Positions 34,465 to 48,259 of a DNA stretch of 64,000 nucleotides are shown here, one piece after another; positions within the stretch are counted from its first letter, which is position 1; every line of letters begins with the position of its first letter. The position numbers and the translations under genes are program-made. Source of the DNA: Cyanophora paradoxa CCMP329. Its lineage: Eukaryota; Plantae; Glaucophyta. Under the pieces are notes generated by a model, which did no database searches, was not told where the DNA came from, and saw only the letters and a program-made list of their open reading frames with translations. Location of the stretch: NCBI GenBank assembly GCA_004431415.1, contig QPMI01000602.1, forward strand, positions 1 through 64,000. The letters run 5' to 3'.

Positions 34465-37400
34465 ATGTCGGCCGCCGATCTGGCGGCCTCCGTGCCAGTG
34501 GAGGCAATGGAGTCGTCGAACAACCTGGCAACGTCGACCGCCGACCTCATGGCGTCCGCGGCTCCCAATCTGACGGCCTCTACTGCTCCGAAGCGCCTCA
34601 ACAAAGAAGCAGTCAAGCTCAAGCTCAAGTCGGGCGTTTCGGCCCTCAAGGCGCTATGGCACATCGATCATATCTACGCGGAGCAGAGCGCGAAGGCACC
34701 GACCCAGTTCCAGTACGCTTTGATCTTCCAGGTGACCCAGCCCCGCACACGGGGAGCCCGGCGGCTGAGCGCGACGCGTGCGATAGGATCCGGAGCCGGA
34801 CCCGAAGAGACTGCTGCCACCCGGCTCCGCCGTTCGGCGCTACGTGGTCGCGCGGCTACGGCGCGCGGGCCTGAGCGTCGTCGAGGAGACCCACGAGGTG
34901 CCGGACAGCCCGACGCTCCACTTCATCAAGGTTTCGGGGCCGCCAAAGCTCCTCGCGAGCGTGAGCGCCGCCGACAAGCGGCAGGCCGCAGCGTGCGTAA
35001 CGCTCGCCGCGCGCCCGAGCCGCGTACGCGACCGACGCGGCGGCGGCAGCACGTCGCGCCCGAACAAGAGCATCGAAGCGATCAAGGCCAAGAAGTGGGC
35101 CGACCTCCTCGGCGGCCCCTACCCCGGGAGCGGCCCCGACGTCCCCCTGACAGAGGCGCGCGCGCGCGCGCCCCGCCGCGCTGGACGAGTGGCCCTCACG
35201 TCGCTGCGAACCGCGCAGGCCGAGCAGCAGCAGATCGTCCGACGCATCATGCAGGTGCGCACCCGCGCTCCCGTCCCGCCCCTCGAAGCCAGCCGCGCGG
35301 GGCGGGGCCGATGCGGGGGCAGGGGATCGAGATCGACGAGGACGGGTTTGCGATTGGAATGGAGACGGGGACGGCCGGCAAGCGCCGCTTCGACCGCGAG
35401 GTGCCCCGCACCCTCCTCGCCTGGGCCAAGTGCGCCCCGCCCCCCCTCTCCCCTCCTTTCCTTTCCTTTCCTTTTTGGTCCTTAGAATCCCGCAGGGAAT
35501 TCAAATTCATGATCGAGCAACTGCCCCTCCACAACTACGAGGCGCGCCCCTCTTTCCGCCCCCGCGCCCCGCCCCGCTCACACCCCCGCCAGGCCAAGAA
35601 GACCCTCTTCACGCGCTGGGTCTTCGGGCGGGGCAAGTACTCGCAGGGGTACGCGCGCGAGGAGGGCGCTCCGGGGCGCCTCGCTCAGGCGCGGGGCAGG
35701 CAGGGCGCCGGGGCGGGGCCGAAGAAGGGGAAGGAGGAGCCGCAGGTCTGGACCGCCAAGAGCCTCCTCGAGACGGCGAAGGCGCGTACCCCCCTCCCGG
35801 ACACACATCTATCCCCCCTCAAGGCCGCGTGGGGTAGGCGCTCATCGACTTCTGCACGCTGGGGCTCCTCAGCACGCCCCCCCTGGGGGAGATCCGCGAC
35901 TACTTTGGCGAGAAGGTGTACACCCTGCATTCGACCGGGAGACTCGAACTCAAACCGCGGCCCGCAGGTCGCGTTCTACTTCGCGTGGCTCCACTTCTAC
36001 ACCGTGTACGCGTACCCCCTCCCCGCCGCTCCCCCCCCGCGAGCCGGGGCGGGGGTACAGGTGGCTGGTGCTGCCGACGGTCCTGGGCAGCATCCTCTCC
36101 GCCGTCTCCGCCACCTCCACGCGCGCCCGCGCCCGCCCGCCCGCCCGCCCGCCGGCCGGCCCCGCTGACGCCCGCGGCAGGCCGTCGATGAAGTGCGGGA
36201 GCGGGGGGCGGGGCACGGCGCGAGGGGCGCGTAGAGGAGGTCGCCTGCTGACAGACGCGCGGGGCGCAGGTGGTCCTTCTTCTACTGCTCCTTCCTCATG
36301 ATCTGGGGCACCATCTTCACCGAGGGCTGGAAGCGCCGCCAGGCGTACGGCCCCGCACCCTCCCCGCGCCCCCGCCGCCCGCACGCCCGCTCACGGGGCG
36401 CAGGGAGCTGGCGTTCCTGTGGGGCACCTTCCAGGAGGAGACCGCCGACAGCATCGGTCCGCCCCCCCCCCCCCGCGCAGGGGGGGGTTCGGCAGGGCGG
36501 CTCACGCGCGGGGGCCGGGCCGGGCGGCAGAGAGCGAGATCACGGGGGCCGAGGAGAGCGCCCTCCTCGTCCCCGAGTGTGCCCCGCCCACCGCCCCCGC
36601 CCCCGCCCCCGCCCCGCGGCCCCGCTCACGCCCCGCAGCCCGAAGCGCCGCGGCAGCGTCGTCGCCGGGGGGAGCACGCGGGTGCGCCCGCCTGCCCCCC
36701 TCCTCCCTCCTCCCTTCCCTGGTGAACTGGGGCGGGGCCAGGGGCGGCGGGAGGAGAACGTGGTGGACCTGATGGAGCGCGCGGGGGACCTCTTCAAGCG
36801 CAAGGCGCCCCCGCCCGCCCCCGCCGCCCCCGCCCCCCTCGCCCTGAGCGGCCGCGGCGCAGCTGGGGCGGCGCGTGGCGAGCTGGGCCCTGCTGCTCAC
36901 CCTCCTCGCCGTCTCCATGCTCTCCTTCGTCTTCTGCCTCTGGCCCGCCCCGCCCCGCGCCGCGCCGCCCGCCCGGGGCGCGTGCGATGGCCGGGGCGCG
37001 CAGGTTCGAGGACGTTGTGGGGAAGGACTCGTGGCTCGTCCGCCTCCCCGCCATCACGTGCGGCGCGCCCTCCCCCGCCCTCGGCCGCCCCTCTCACGCG
37101 GGGGCAGGTACGTGGTGGCCCTCACCCTCTTCCGCAACCTCTACGTCTACGCCGTCGACCTCACCAACAAGGCTCGCCCCGCCCCGCCCCGCCCCGCCCG
37201 CCCGGCCCCCTCCGAGCCGCCCCTCCGCAGTGGGAGCTCCACTCCTCCATCGACGAGGCGAACAACCAGCACGTGATGAAGGTGCGGGGGGCGCGCCCCC
37301 TCCCCCCTCCCCGCCGCGCCCCGGAGGCCCCCTGAGCGCCCCTCAGCTCTTCACCTTCGACTTCGTGGCGTGGTTCCTGGGCCCCATGTACATCGCCTTC

Positions 37401-38699
37401 GTCCGCCAGGCGCGCTCCCCCGCCCCGCCCCGCCCGAGCCGCCTGCTCGCCGAGGCCGCCCCCGCGCAGGACCTCCACTCGCTGGAGTACCTCGTCTCCA
37501 CCACCCTCATCTCCAAGCAGGCGCGCCCCCCGCCCGCGCCCCGCCCCTCCCGCGCCCCGAGGCGAGGGGCCGGGGGCGGGGGCAGATCATCCAGAACGTC
37601 ATGGAGAACGTCTTCCCGCTCGCCTCGGTCATGATGAAGGGCGCCGCCGCCGCCCGCGAGCAGGCCCGGCGCCCCGCCCCGCCCGCTGCAGGGGCGCCGC
37701 TGACGTAGGTGCAGGCGGCGGCGGTGGCGGCGGGGAAGAAGTGCGACGACGTGGCGGTGCCCAAGGCGGAGGACCTCGCCCGCGAGGCCGCCCAGGAGTC
37801 CCCGGTGCGACGCCCCCGGCCCCACCCCCGCCGGGGCCGGGGCCGGGGGGGCGAGCGGGGCGCAGGCGCTGGTGCAGTACCGCATGGACCCGTACGACGA
37901 CACCATCGCCGACTACCTCGAGATGGCCGTCCAGTTCGGGTCCGCCGCCCGCGCCCCCCGCCCCCCGCCCCGCCCCGCCCTCGAGCCGCCGGGGGCGCCT
38001 GGGGGCGGGCAGGCACGTCGTGCTCTTCGCGCCGGCGTTCCCCCTCTCCGCCGCCTGCGCCCTCATCAACAACGTCATCGAGGCGCGCCCGCCCCGGCCC
38101 CCGGGCCCGGGGCCCGCGTGACGGGGCCCCCCGCAGCTGCGGACGGACGCGTTCAAGCTGCTGACGGGCCACCGGCGGCCGGAGGCGAACCGCGTCGACG
38201 GCATCGGCTCCTGGCTCTACGTCCTCGAGTTCATGGGCACCGTGCGCCGGCGCCCCTCCCCGCCCGCCCACCCCCGCCCGCGCCGCCCGGCAGCGAGGGG
38301 GCCGGGCGCAGGCGGCGGTCGTCTCCAACGTGGGCCTCATCTTCATGTTCTTCCACCCCTCCGCCTGGGACTCGGCCAGCCTCGCCGGCGCCGTGCGCCG
38401 CCCCCGCCCGTCCCCACCGCGCGCCGCCTGAGGCGGGGCCAGTGCGCGGGGATCGCGTGCGTGCTCTCCGTCGGGCGCCTCTTCCAGGCGGTCATCGTCG
38501 AGCACGTGCTGCTCGCCGCCAAGCTCGCCATCGCCTGGGTCGTCCCCGACGGTGCGCCCCGCACGCCCCTTCCCCTCCCCGCGGCGGCCCGGGGCCTCAG
38601 GCGGGGCGCGCAGTGCCCCTCTGGGTGCGCTTCTCGAACGCGATGGCGACGGAGGGCGCCCTCGCCGCCGGCTCCTCCCGCCACTCCGTCTCCGAGTAG
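34465..38699 (+). CDS. anoctamin/TMEM16 family channel-scramblase
   Basis: EIRDYFGEKVAFYFAWLHFYT; WGTIFTEGWKRRQ; DYLEMAVQFG.VVLFAPAFPLSAACALINNVIELRTDAFKL...RRP....DGIGSW; VEHVLL..K..IAWVVPDVP. Confidence 0.93.
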
Positions 38700-39003
38700 C
38701 CCCCGCCCCGCCCCCGCACACGCCCCGCCCCGCCCCGCCCCGCTGTGCACGCAGCCAGCTGGGGCCCACGTCTCTGCAAATGCTTGAAGCCATCAACGTT
38801 CTTTCAGCGCTGCCTGCAGCCGTCCTGTCGAGTGCACACAGTGCCGGCTCTCGGGCGCCCCGTGCTCACTCGGCTCACGCAACCCGCCCCGAGCTCCTTA
38901 ACTCGCACGAGTTCAATCGATGCCGACGCCAAGGAGTTCAAAGCATCGGCGCCAAGGTTTGCGGGGGTCGCTGGGGGGCGGGGCCCTTCCGCGCCGCCGG
39001 CCT

Positions 39004-40439
39004 CTACGCGACGTAGGCGGACCAGTCCTCCTTGCGGTCGAAGGCGAAGCGGCCGGCGACGGAGCCCCAGAGCTGCGCCCCGCCGCCCCGCCAGCGGCCT
39101 CGGAACCCCGGCCACGCACGAGGTGCAGGGGGGTCGCACCTGGGCGTCGTCGTCGCAGCTGCGGCCGACGTCCAGCGAGTAGAAGTTCTCCGGCGTCACC
39201 TGCGCCCGGGGCGCGCCCCCCGCTCGACGCGGGGCGCTGGGCGGGGCGGCGCGGGGGGCGGCGCGGGCCTCGAAGTCGGACTGGAGCCAGCTCTTGACGC
39301 CCTTGCGCTCCACCACGCACTTCTTCCCGGGCTCCGTCGTCCTGCCAAGGGGGGGGGGGGGGGGGGGCGGGGGGCGCGTCAGCGGGTGCGCCCCGGGGGC
39401 GGCCGAGCTCGGGGCCGGGGGCGGACCCCTTGTAGCCGCTGGCGGTGGGGACGACGTCGAGGGAGCAGCCGCACGAGAACTCCAGCCGCTCCGCCGTCAC
39501 CTGCCGGCCAAGGCGCGCCCCCGCGCTCGAGCCCGCGCCAGGAGCAGGGCAGGGCCGGGGAAGGGCGGCGCGGCGCGCCTTCTCGATCCGGTCGAAGTTG
39601 CGGACGGTGTTGAAGAGGTCTGCGGCGGCCGCGCGGCTCGAGGGGCACAGCGGCGCGGGGGCGGGGGCGCGAGGGGGCCGGGCGGACCGACGGCCTCGAG
39701 GGGGTACCCCTTGATCTTGTAGTTCTCCATGATCATGCCGCCGTCCTGGGGTGCGGGGGCTCGGCCGCGGCGGCGCCGGGGCTGGGGCGGCGGGGGGCGG
39801 GGGCGGGCCTTCTCGGCGAGGCGGATGGCGGCGACGCGGTAGGGCTTGTCGATGGCGAACTCGTACGCGTTCTCGAGCCAGAGCCAGTAGCACTTCGCCC
39901 CGTCGTGCCCGAACGCCTGCGCCTCCGGCCTCAGCTCCCTTCCCGGCGTCGAAAGAAGGCGGGAGCGGAGTCGGCGCGCCTTGTTGAACTCGTCCTGCTT
40001 GTGCTGCGGGATGGGCCGGATGCCGACGCGGATGTGGGACCAGAAGGAGGGGTTCTCCCACGCCTGCGCCTTGTTGTCCCAGTCGCTGCACAGCATGCGC
40101 GCCAGCCGCTTGAAGTCCGTCGCTGCGCGCGCGCCTCAGCCGCCCGCCGCTCGCACGGGGAGGGGCGGCGGGGTGCGCGCCGGCGGAGGCGGTCACGGCG
40201 TGCACGACGGGGGCAGACGGGCCGCGAGCCGCGGGGCGGACGGCTGCGCGGAACTCCCGCGCGTCGAAGCGACGCAGACCGACGAAAGTAGGGACGGCCT
40301 CAGCGGCGCGCCGGCCGCCGTGCGAGAACGCCGTCGGCACGCGAACCGAGCGCGGCTGGGGGCACGCGGCGCTGCTGTTCGCCGCCGACGCCGCGCGGGA
40401 GCCAGAGACGGCCGGAACTGCGAGTTGGAACGCCTCCAT
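39004..40439 (-). CDS. cpcT: CpcT/CpeT-type phycobiliprotein chromophore lyase, plastid-targeted
   Basis: Transit peptide MEAFQLAV... Core WDNKAQAWENPSFWSHIRVGIRP, ENAYEFAIDKPYR, PGKKCVVERKG.KSWLQSDFEV....FYSLDVG, LWGS.AGRFAFDR. Confidence 0.88.
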
Positions 40440-40730
40440 CGCCAGGTGTAGCTAGGCGAGACCTGAGATTTTCGGTATTCAATCTGCGCGCGCGGGCCGG
40501 CCCATGTCCGAACGCGTCAGACGAGCGACAGAGAGGCCGGAGAGGGCATCGACGCACGCGGAACCGGCGGAAGAAGTAACAACGAAGTTTGAGTCCCGGG
40601 TACAGCGACGTAGCGGCGACAGCGGACCGAGGCAGGCAGCCGCGAGCTCCTGATCGATAGCCGGTGCAATTGCAAGATTCTAACTCAGCGCACCAGCACG
40701 CACTCGCCGCTGTTCGATAGGCTCGAGGCG

Positions 40731-43097
40731 ATGTGGCAGCAGGACGCTTCGCTTTTCGTGCTCGCCGGCGGGCTGCGGAAACCCGTGCTGGCCAGGAGAC
40801 CGTTTCTGGGCCGGCAGATCGCCGCGAGCCCGCGCGTCGCGCTCCGCAAGCCCGAGCAGCGCGTCCAGAGGAGTGCGAGCCCGCCAGCCCAGAGGAGTGA
40901 CGTACGCATACGTACGCACGCATCGTTTGCTGCACCAAAAGATCTAGATGTGGCGAGGGTCGCGATCGTCGGTGCCGGTTTCGCTGGCCTCAGCGTTTGC
41001 TACAATCTTATTCTTGAGAGCGCGCTTCGCGGAAACCCCGTGCAAGTCAGCGTGTTCGATCCAGCGGGAATCGGCTCAGGTGCGCAGCGCACTCGCACGT
41101 GAAAGAGAGCTAGGCCCGGAAGGGAGGGCTCGGGCGGCGTCGCGCCCGCCTGATCACGGCGTCAAGGGGTCGGAGGCGGAGGCTCGCAGGTCGCCGGCGG
41201 GCTCCTGCACGGATACACGCGTGCGTCCGCCACCGGCGGCGCTCGGAGAGCCGCGGCGAGCGCTGACGCCTGTCCCGCGCGGGGCGGGGCGGACGGCAGC
41301 GCGGGGGAAGCCGATGTGGATGCGGGAGGAGGCGCTCTCGGAGGCGGGGCGGCTGCTGCGGGCGGCGCGGGAGGCGGCGGGGCCCGAGGAGGGCGCCCGC
41401 ATCGCGCGGCAGGGCGGCATCGTGCGCCCCGCCTTCAGCCCGCGCCAGGAGAAGGACTTCCGCAAGGCGGGGCGGTGCGCACTCGCGCGCGCGCGCGGGG
41501 CCGCGGCGCGGGAGCGAGCGGCGCGGGCGCAGGCCGCTGGGAGCTTCGAGGATGCCGAGGGGTGCTGGCGGGGGCGGGACGGGGGCGGGGGCGGGGGCGC
41601 GGGGCGCGTGGGGGGAGCTGCCGGCGGGGGAGGACCTCGTCTGGCTCGAGCCGCCCGAGCTCCAGCGCCTCGCCCGGGCCTCTTCCCCGCCCGCAGACCA
41701 CTCCCGGGGTGCCCCGCCGCCCGCCCCCCGGGCCCCCGCCCTCGAGCCGCCGCCGAGGCGGGCGGGGCGGGGGCAGGGCGCTGTTCATCCGGAGCGGGGG
41801 GACGGTGGACTCGCGGCGCTACCTCGCCGCCCTCTGGGCCGCCTCCGCCGCCGCCGCACCGGGCCGCCTCTCCCTCGTCCGCCCCCGCCCCGCCCCCGCC
41901 CGCCGGCACGCCCCCGTCCTGACGCCGGCCGCGGGTGGCCGAGCGGGTTGAGGAGCCCCTCGCCCTCGCCGCCCATCACGACGGTGCCAGCGGCCCCCGC
42001 GCGGGGCGGGGCCGCGAGGCGGCGAGCGGGGGCGGTGCGGGCGCAGCGGTGGTGCTCTGCACGGGGCCTTCACGCAGGGGGCCGTCGGGGCGGGGGCCCC
42101 CGGGGGCCCCCGCCTGCCCCTCGACGTCGTCAAGGGTGCGCCGCCGCCCCCCTCGGGCCCCACGCGGGCGGGGCGGGGCGGGGCCGAGGTGGGGGCGCGC
42201 AGGGCACGTGGTGGAGTTCGAGGGGGAGGGGGAGGGCGGGGCCCTCGTGCCCGGGCGCGCGGAGCCCGTCTCCGTCATCTCCGGTGCCCGCCCCCGCCCC
42301 CCCCCCGCCGCCCTTCCCCGCGCCCCCGCCTCATCCCCCCCCAGGGAAGTACCTGGGGTTCCAGGCGTCCGGGCGCGTCGACTGCGGGGCCACCTTCGAG
42401 CCGTGCCCGCCCCCTCGTGCGCCCTCGCTCGCTTGCCCCGCCCTGAGCTCCTCGGAAGGGAGTTCTCGGGGGTCGAGCCCGAGTTCAACGAGCACGTCGC
42501 CGGCCTGCTGGAGGAGCTGCAGGGCTTCTACCCCGACTCCGGTGCGCCGTACCCCCCGCTCGCTGCTCGCTGCTCGCGGGCCTCCTGAGCCGCGCGGCGC
42601 AGCGGCGTGGATCGAGCGCACGCCCCGCCCGACGCTGCGGGCGGGCCTGCGCGCCGTACCCCACCGCCTCGTCGAGTCGGGCAGGTGAGAGCAAAAACCC
42701 ACTCTTGAGATCAGACGAGGTCTCTGGGGAGGGCCTTGCGCTCATGCGGGGCGGGGCGGCAGCACGCCGGTGGCGGGCCCGCTGGGGCGCGGGGCGGCGC
42801 GGTGCTGGCTGCTGGCCGGCCTGGGCTCCCGCGGGCTCTTCCACGCCGGCTGGCTCGGCCGCCGCGTCGCCGACGCGGTGCCGCCCCCTGCGTGCCCGCG
42901 CCCCCTCGCCGCCCCCGCCAAGGGTCCCGCCGCACGCGCAGGTGCTCGACACGCTCGCGGAGGGCGGGGGCGAGGAGGCCGCGCGGGCGAGCCCCCGCAC
43001 GCCTACCCCCGTCCCCGCCGTGCGCGCGGCTGAGGGCGGGGCGGGGGCAGCGGGCGGCAGGGCGGCGGCTGCCGGTGCACACGCGGGTCGCCCTTGA
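40731..43097 (+). CDS. FAD-dependent oxidoreductase (DAO/glycine oxidase-like)
   Basis: VAIVGAGFAGLSVC Rossmann motif, AGGLLHGY, GIVRPA, GATFE, LRAGLRA, LAGLGSRGLFHAGWLG. Confidence 0.85.
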
Positions 43098-43721
43098 CGC
43101 CGCCGGCACCCCGGAGGCGGCTGCTCTCTTCCGCTGACCCCCGAGCCCCCTCGCGCCCGGCCGCGCCCCGCGCCGCCCGAGACGCGCCCAGCACAGGCGA
43201 CCGTCGGACAGTCCACACCGTGGCACAAGCTGACACATAGACACCGTAGTACAGTCATTGCCAACTTGAAAGTTGAATACATATACGGGGACCGATATGC
43301 AGGAACCATGGGCCATGAATAGCGTAGATGAAGAAGAATACTGAATAGGTTGAAGAAGAACACACTGAAGAACCCGGTGACCCAATTAATGCTGCTACCT
43401 ATATATAGGCTACGTACCACGCTACGAAACGCGCCTACTATGGAATGTGGAATCTGCCTTCTGATGTATATTTTTGCAAGAATGCAAAGCATTTCGAGGG
43501 CGCGAATTGAGGGGATCTGCTCTAGAGTGAAGGTCCTGTATTCTGCAAGATGGCGAGCGCTCTGGAGGCTACAGTACGCGTCTTCGGGTGAACGGAGGCA
43601 ATGCAGGCGGACAGGGGTCGGGGTCTCGGGAGGAAAGGGCTCGCGCTGGCGCGAGTCGATGCAAGTACGAGCACGGGCGGGGCGGCGCGGGGCAAAAAGA
43701 GGCGGGGAGAAGCGGGCTGCG

Positions 43722-46700
43722 TCAGCGGACCCAGGAGGGGACGGGCCGGCGCGGGGCGCGGGCGGATTGGCTCCAGTCCTCGCCCTCCCCCTCGCTCCCT
43801 TCGGCCTCGCCGCGGGAGCTCTCGCCGGGGGCCCCCGGCCCCGTCTGCGGGGCGTCACGGGCGCGGCGGGAGGGCGGGCGGGGGCGCGGCGGCACCGGGG
43901 GGGAGACGGTGTCCGAGTCGCCCGTCGGGGGCGTGACGGTGGTGCCGGCGCCCGGTATCGGGACGCGGCCCGGCGAGGGGGGCGCCTGCGAGCAGAGCCC
44001 TCAGAGGAGCGCGCGAGGGCAGGGCGGGGAGGGCGGGGGCGCGCCTCGAGGCGGGAGCGGGGGGCGGGGCGGGGGAGGGAGACGGCGGGGCCGGGGGCCG
44101 GGGCGTGGATGTCGGCGGAGAGGGCGCGGCGGCAGTCCTCCACCGCCGCGTTCAGCAGCTGCACCCGCCGCAGGTGCGAGGGGAAGTACGCCTGCCGCGC
44201 CGCCGCCTCACGCGCGGCGCGGCGCGGGGGCGGGGGCGGCCGGGCGCACGGGGTACTTGTCGAAGAGGCCGTGCTTGACCTTCTCGAAGCTCGCGAGGGC
44301 GTCGCGGTAGCTGCTGCGGGTCAGGGGCGGGCGGGGGGCAGGGGCCGGGGCCGGGGCGGGCGGGCGGGCCTGCGGGCGTAGAAGAGGGAGAGGGCGAGGA
44401 CGTACTCGAGGTGCCCCTGGAAGGCGTCCCGCAGCCGCCCCGCCTTCCCGCCAGCCGCTGCGCCCGCCCTCGGCGCGCGCGAGCGGCGGGGGCGCCCCGG
44501 CGCACCGCCATCGCGGGGGCGATCCAGCGCATCGCCGCCGTCAGCTGCTCCATCGAGCGCGGCCCGCTGTACCCCGCCGGGTTCCAGCGGCTCTCCGCCA
44601 GCCGCCGCTGGGCGTGGCGTCGCACGGGGGAAGGGAGGGGGCGGGGGCGGGGCGGGGGCGGACGGTCTGCTCGTGGGTGTGGAGGACGATGTCGAGCTCG
44701 GGGAAGGAGAAGCCGAGCAGCTTCTCCGCCGCCCCGAACGCCAGCCCCGCGTGCTGCCCCCGCCCCCCCTCAGCCCAGCCCGCCCCGGGTGCGGGGGCGG
44801 GGGCGGGGCGGGGGCGGGGCGGACGCGGATGCAGCCCGGGGCGTCGGCGGTCTGGAGGGAGCAGCGGAGCATGGCTTGCTGCAGGCGCTCGGCGTGCACC
44901 CTGCGGGCGCCGCGTTCAGCGCGCGCGGGGCGGGCGAGGAGGGCGGGGCGGGCGAGGGCACCGGAAGCCGACGGACATGCGCTCGAGGAGGTCGTCGGCG
45001 CGCTTCAGGTGCACCTGCCCCCGGCCCCTCTCGCACCCCCGCCCCCCCGCAGCCGGCGGGGCCTGCGGGGGGCCCGCGGGCGCGCACCTTGGCGGCCTTC
45101 CAGTTGCCCCGCGCCATGGACTCGGCGGCTGCGGGGCGCGGCGTCGGCGAGGGCGCCGAGGGGGGAGGCGCGCCGGGGCCCACCGAGCGTCTCGAGGGCG
45201 CAGGCCTCGTCGTAGCGGTCCTCGTCGTCCCCCGTGAACCAGTAGAGCTGCCGCGCGGCTCAGCGCCCCGCCCCCGCAGCGCGGCGCGCGGGGCCGGGGC
45301 GGGCGGGCCTTGGCGCAGATCTCGCGGCTGGCGAGCTCGAACTTGTGGGGCGTGCGCACTGCGGCGGGGCCCGTCAGCTGGGCGCGGAGCTGGCGGGGCT
45401 CGCCGGGGCGGGGCGGGGCGGGGCGGACGGAGGACCGAGGCGAGGTGGCGGAGGACGTGGGCCTCGAGGCGCGAGGGCGAGTGGCCGGTGCGCAGCAGCA
45501 GCGACCACGCCTCGAAGAGCATGTCCATCGACGCCTGCAGCTCCCCGAACTGCCCCCGCCCCCGCCTCAGCCCCAGGCGCGCCCCCTCGCGCCCGCCCCC
45601 GTGCCTGGTCGGCGGCGCGGCCGCGGTGGAGGAGGGCCCGGGCGCGGAGCGCGGCGCCCTTGCCGCCGGGCTCCGCCACGTGCGGCGCCAGCGCCTCGTC
45701 CGCCTTGTCGAGCAGCTGCGCCCCGCCGCCCGCTCGCCCCCGCCCCCGCCGGCGAGGGGCCCAGGCGCGAGCACCGAGAAGACGTAGCCGCGGTCGACGG
45801 GGAGGAGGTCGGAGGGGAGGGGAAGACCTGCGGGGACCCGGGTGAGGGCGGAGGGGGAGGCGGCGGGGGCCCGGGCGGACGGGGGAGGGCGGCCCCGTGG
45901 CGATCTCGATGCAATTCCAGCAGTGCTCCGCCAGCAGCTCGGCGTCCGGCCTGCCCCCGCCCCCGCGCCCGCTCAGCGCCCCCGGGGGGCGGGGCGGGGG
46001 CGGGGCGGGGGGCACCGGGTGCGGCAGTCGTCGGGGCGGCGGCGGCGAGCAGCTCGCGCCACGCGTCGAAGACCCCCGTCGCCTGCGCGCCGCCTCGGCA
46101 CGGGCGCCGGGCTGCGGCGGGCGGCGCAGGGCCTCGCGGGACGCACGAGAGCGGCCGAGCCGGAGAGGCGCGTGTCCTCGAGCAGGAGCCGCGCCCCGAA
46201 GCGCCCGTCCCGCGACCGGAAGAGCGGCGTGTCGAAGACGCCCGGCGACGAGACCGCCTGCCGCGTGCGTGTTGGCGGGCGCCGAGGGCCGTGGGCGGGG
46301 CGACGCACGGCGGCGAGGGCGCGGCAGGCGGCGAGGAGGGCGGGGCCGGGGTGGCGCCGGCGGGGACGGGGTGGCGGGCGGAGGCGGCGGCGGCGGCGTG
46401 CTGGAGGTCGGCGTCGGCGTCCGCCACCGCCTGCAGCGCCGCGTGCCGGCCCCGCTCCGACGCGTGCCGGTACGGCGGCTCCAGCTTGCCCCCGTTCGCC
46501 CCCGTCTGCGGCGCGCTCTCCGCCGCTGACGGCGGCGGCGGCCGCTGCTGGAGGCGCAGGAAGAGGGGCGGCAGGGGCGGCTCGAGCCCCGCCGGCGCCG
46601 CCGGGAGGGCGGGGACGGCTGCCGTCAGCCCCTCCGCGGGCGCGGCGTCGGGGACGGCGGGAAAACTCCGGACGCTGCTGTACCCCTCGAACTCCTGGAG

Positions 46701-48259
46701 CTGCGCGAGGGCCTGGAAGGCGTCCCCGAGCTCCGCCTCTGGGCCCCCGCCGCCGTCAGAGGGGCGCGCGAGGGGCCCGCAGCGGGCGAGCCGCGCCTTG
46801 GGCCTCGTCCGAGGCGAGGGGCTGGGCGCCGAAGACGGGGCCGGCGGCGGCGCCGGCGGCGGCGTGGGCGCGGCCAAGGGTGCGACGGGGGGGAAGGGGA
46901 GGCCGGGGCCGGCCCAGGGCCCGAAGGGGAAGGGCCCCGGCGGGGGGGCCATCCCCTGCGCCCCCGCGCTCGAGGCGAGGCGAGGGGGCGCTGGCGGCGG
47001 GTGGCGCACGGGGAAGGGTAGAGGGAGCGGCCCGAAGGCGTGCGGCCCGGGGTCCATCGGATAGTGCCGTGGGGGGTTCAGAGCGAGCGCGCGCGCCCCG
47101 GGGGCCGGGGCAGGGCACCATGAAGAATGGCACGGGGCCGGGGGCGGCGTCAGACATCACTGTGGGCAGGGGGAAGCTCCTCTCGGGGGGAGCGCCCTTC
47201 TCTCCGTCCTTCTTGCGGCGCTTGGAGGCAGGGGGCGGACCCTGCGAGGCCACCTCCTCGGAGCCCGTCTCCTCCTCCTCCTCGAGCTTCTTCCCCGACT
47301 GCGGCCACGTGAGGCGGCGCCAGGGAGGGAGCAGCCGGAGGGGGGTACGCGGGGCTTGAGGGCCGAGAGATGGGCGACGGTGCGGACGGTCATACCCCCC
47401 AGGGACTCCCCCATATCGTCCTTCTCCAGCACCAGCCTGCGCCCGCCGTTCGCGCCCCGCCGGCGGCCAACTCGGTGTACTACGAGTTCAAAATCACCTG
47501 AACAGCCTCTTGTGACGGTAGCAGGTGACGCCTGCGGCGGGGGTGCGTGAGCGGGTCCGCGGGTGGCGGGGCGAGTCGGGAAAGCGGCGGCGCGCCGATG
47601 CCGAAGGTGCCGTCGGAGATGCCGCTCTCGTTCAGGGAGATCACCAGGGACGGCACGGGCAGGCCGTAGCGCGCCGTCCTGCGCGCCGCAGGCCGCCGTC
47701 ACCCCGGCCCCGAGGGCGCGCGCCGGGGGGCGGCAGGGTACCGTAGGGGGAACTCGAGCAGGGGCCCCGCCTTGCCGTCGAGGCTGGGCACGTCGCTCCC
47801 GTCATCTGCACGGGGCGTTCAGGCCGCGCTCGCCGCCCTCGAGACGCCGGCAGTCGGCGGCCCCCACCTGCATACACCAGGCGCATCCGTATCCTCACGC
47901 CCGCCCACGTGGCCGCGTCAGCCTCCTCGCGCGCCGCAAGACGGTACCGCCTGCGCCCCGCCCCGTCAGCGGCCGGACGGGCGTCGGGCGGCGCCGCCGC
48001 CGTGCGCAGGCGCACCTGCCGGCGATGAGAGAGTACTCGCAGTCCACGACGCCCGATTCCGGGTCGGGTGTGGCGGCCGGCACGACGTCGAAGACGCCGC
48101 GCTGCGCGTCGGGAAGCCCGTCAGTCGGCGCGGGGCGGCCGTCACAGCGAAGCAGACCGAGGCTTGCGGCTCGTCGGCGGCTTCTCCGCCTCCTCGGGCG
48201 GTGGCAGAGACCCGCTTCGCATGGAGCAGGATGAGCGGACAGTGCTGCGACAGCGCCAT
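43722..48259 (-). CDS. uncharacterised multi-exon protein with helical/TPR-like C-terminal part; ends approximate
   Basis: Regular exon/intron pattern with coherent peptides (LLDKADEAL..RARALLHRGR, HLEYVLALSLFY..YRDALASFEKVK). No family recognised. Confidence 0.5.

Noticed and set aside
43328-43370. ATGAAGA..CTGA..TGAAGA..CTGA as a C/D snoRNA
   Set aside because: Too short, with 6-8 nt spacers and no rRNA complement. It looks like a local repeat in a 3' intergenic region.
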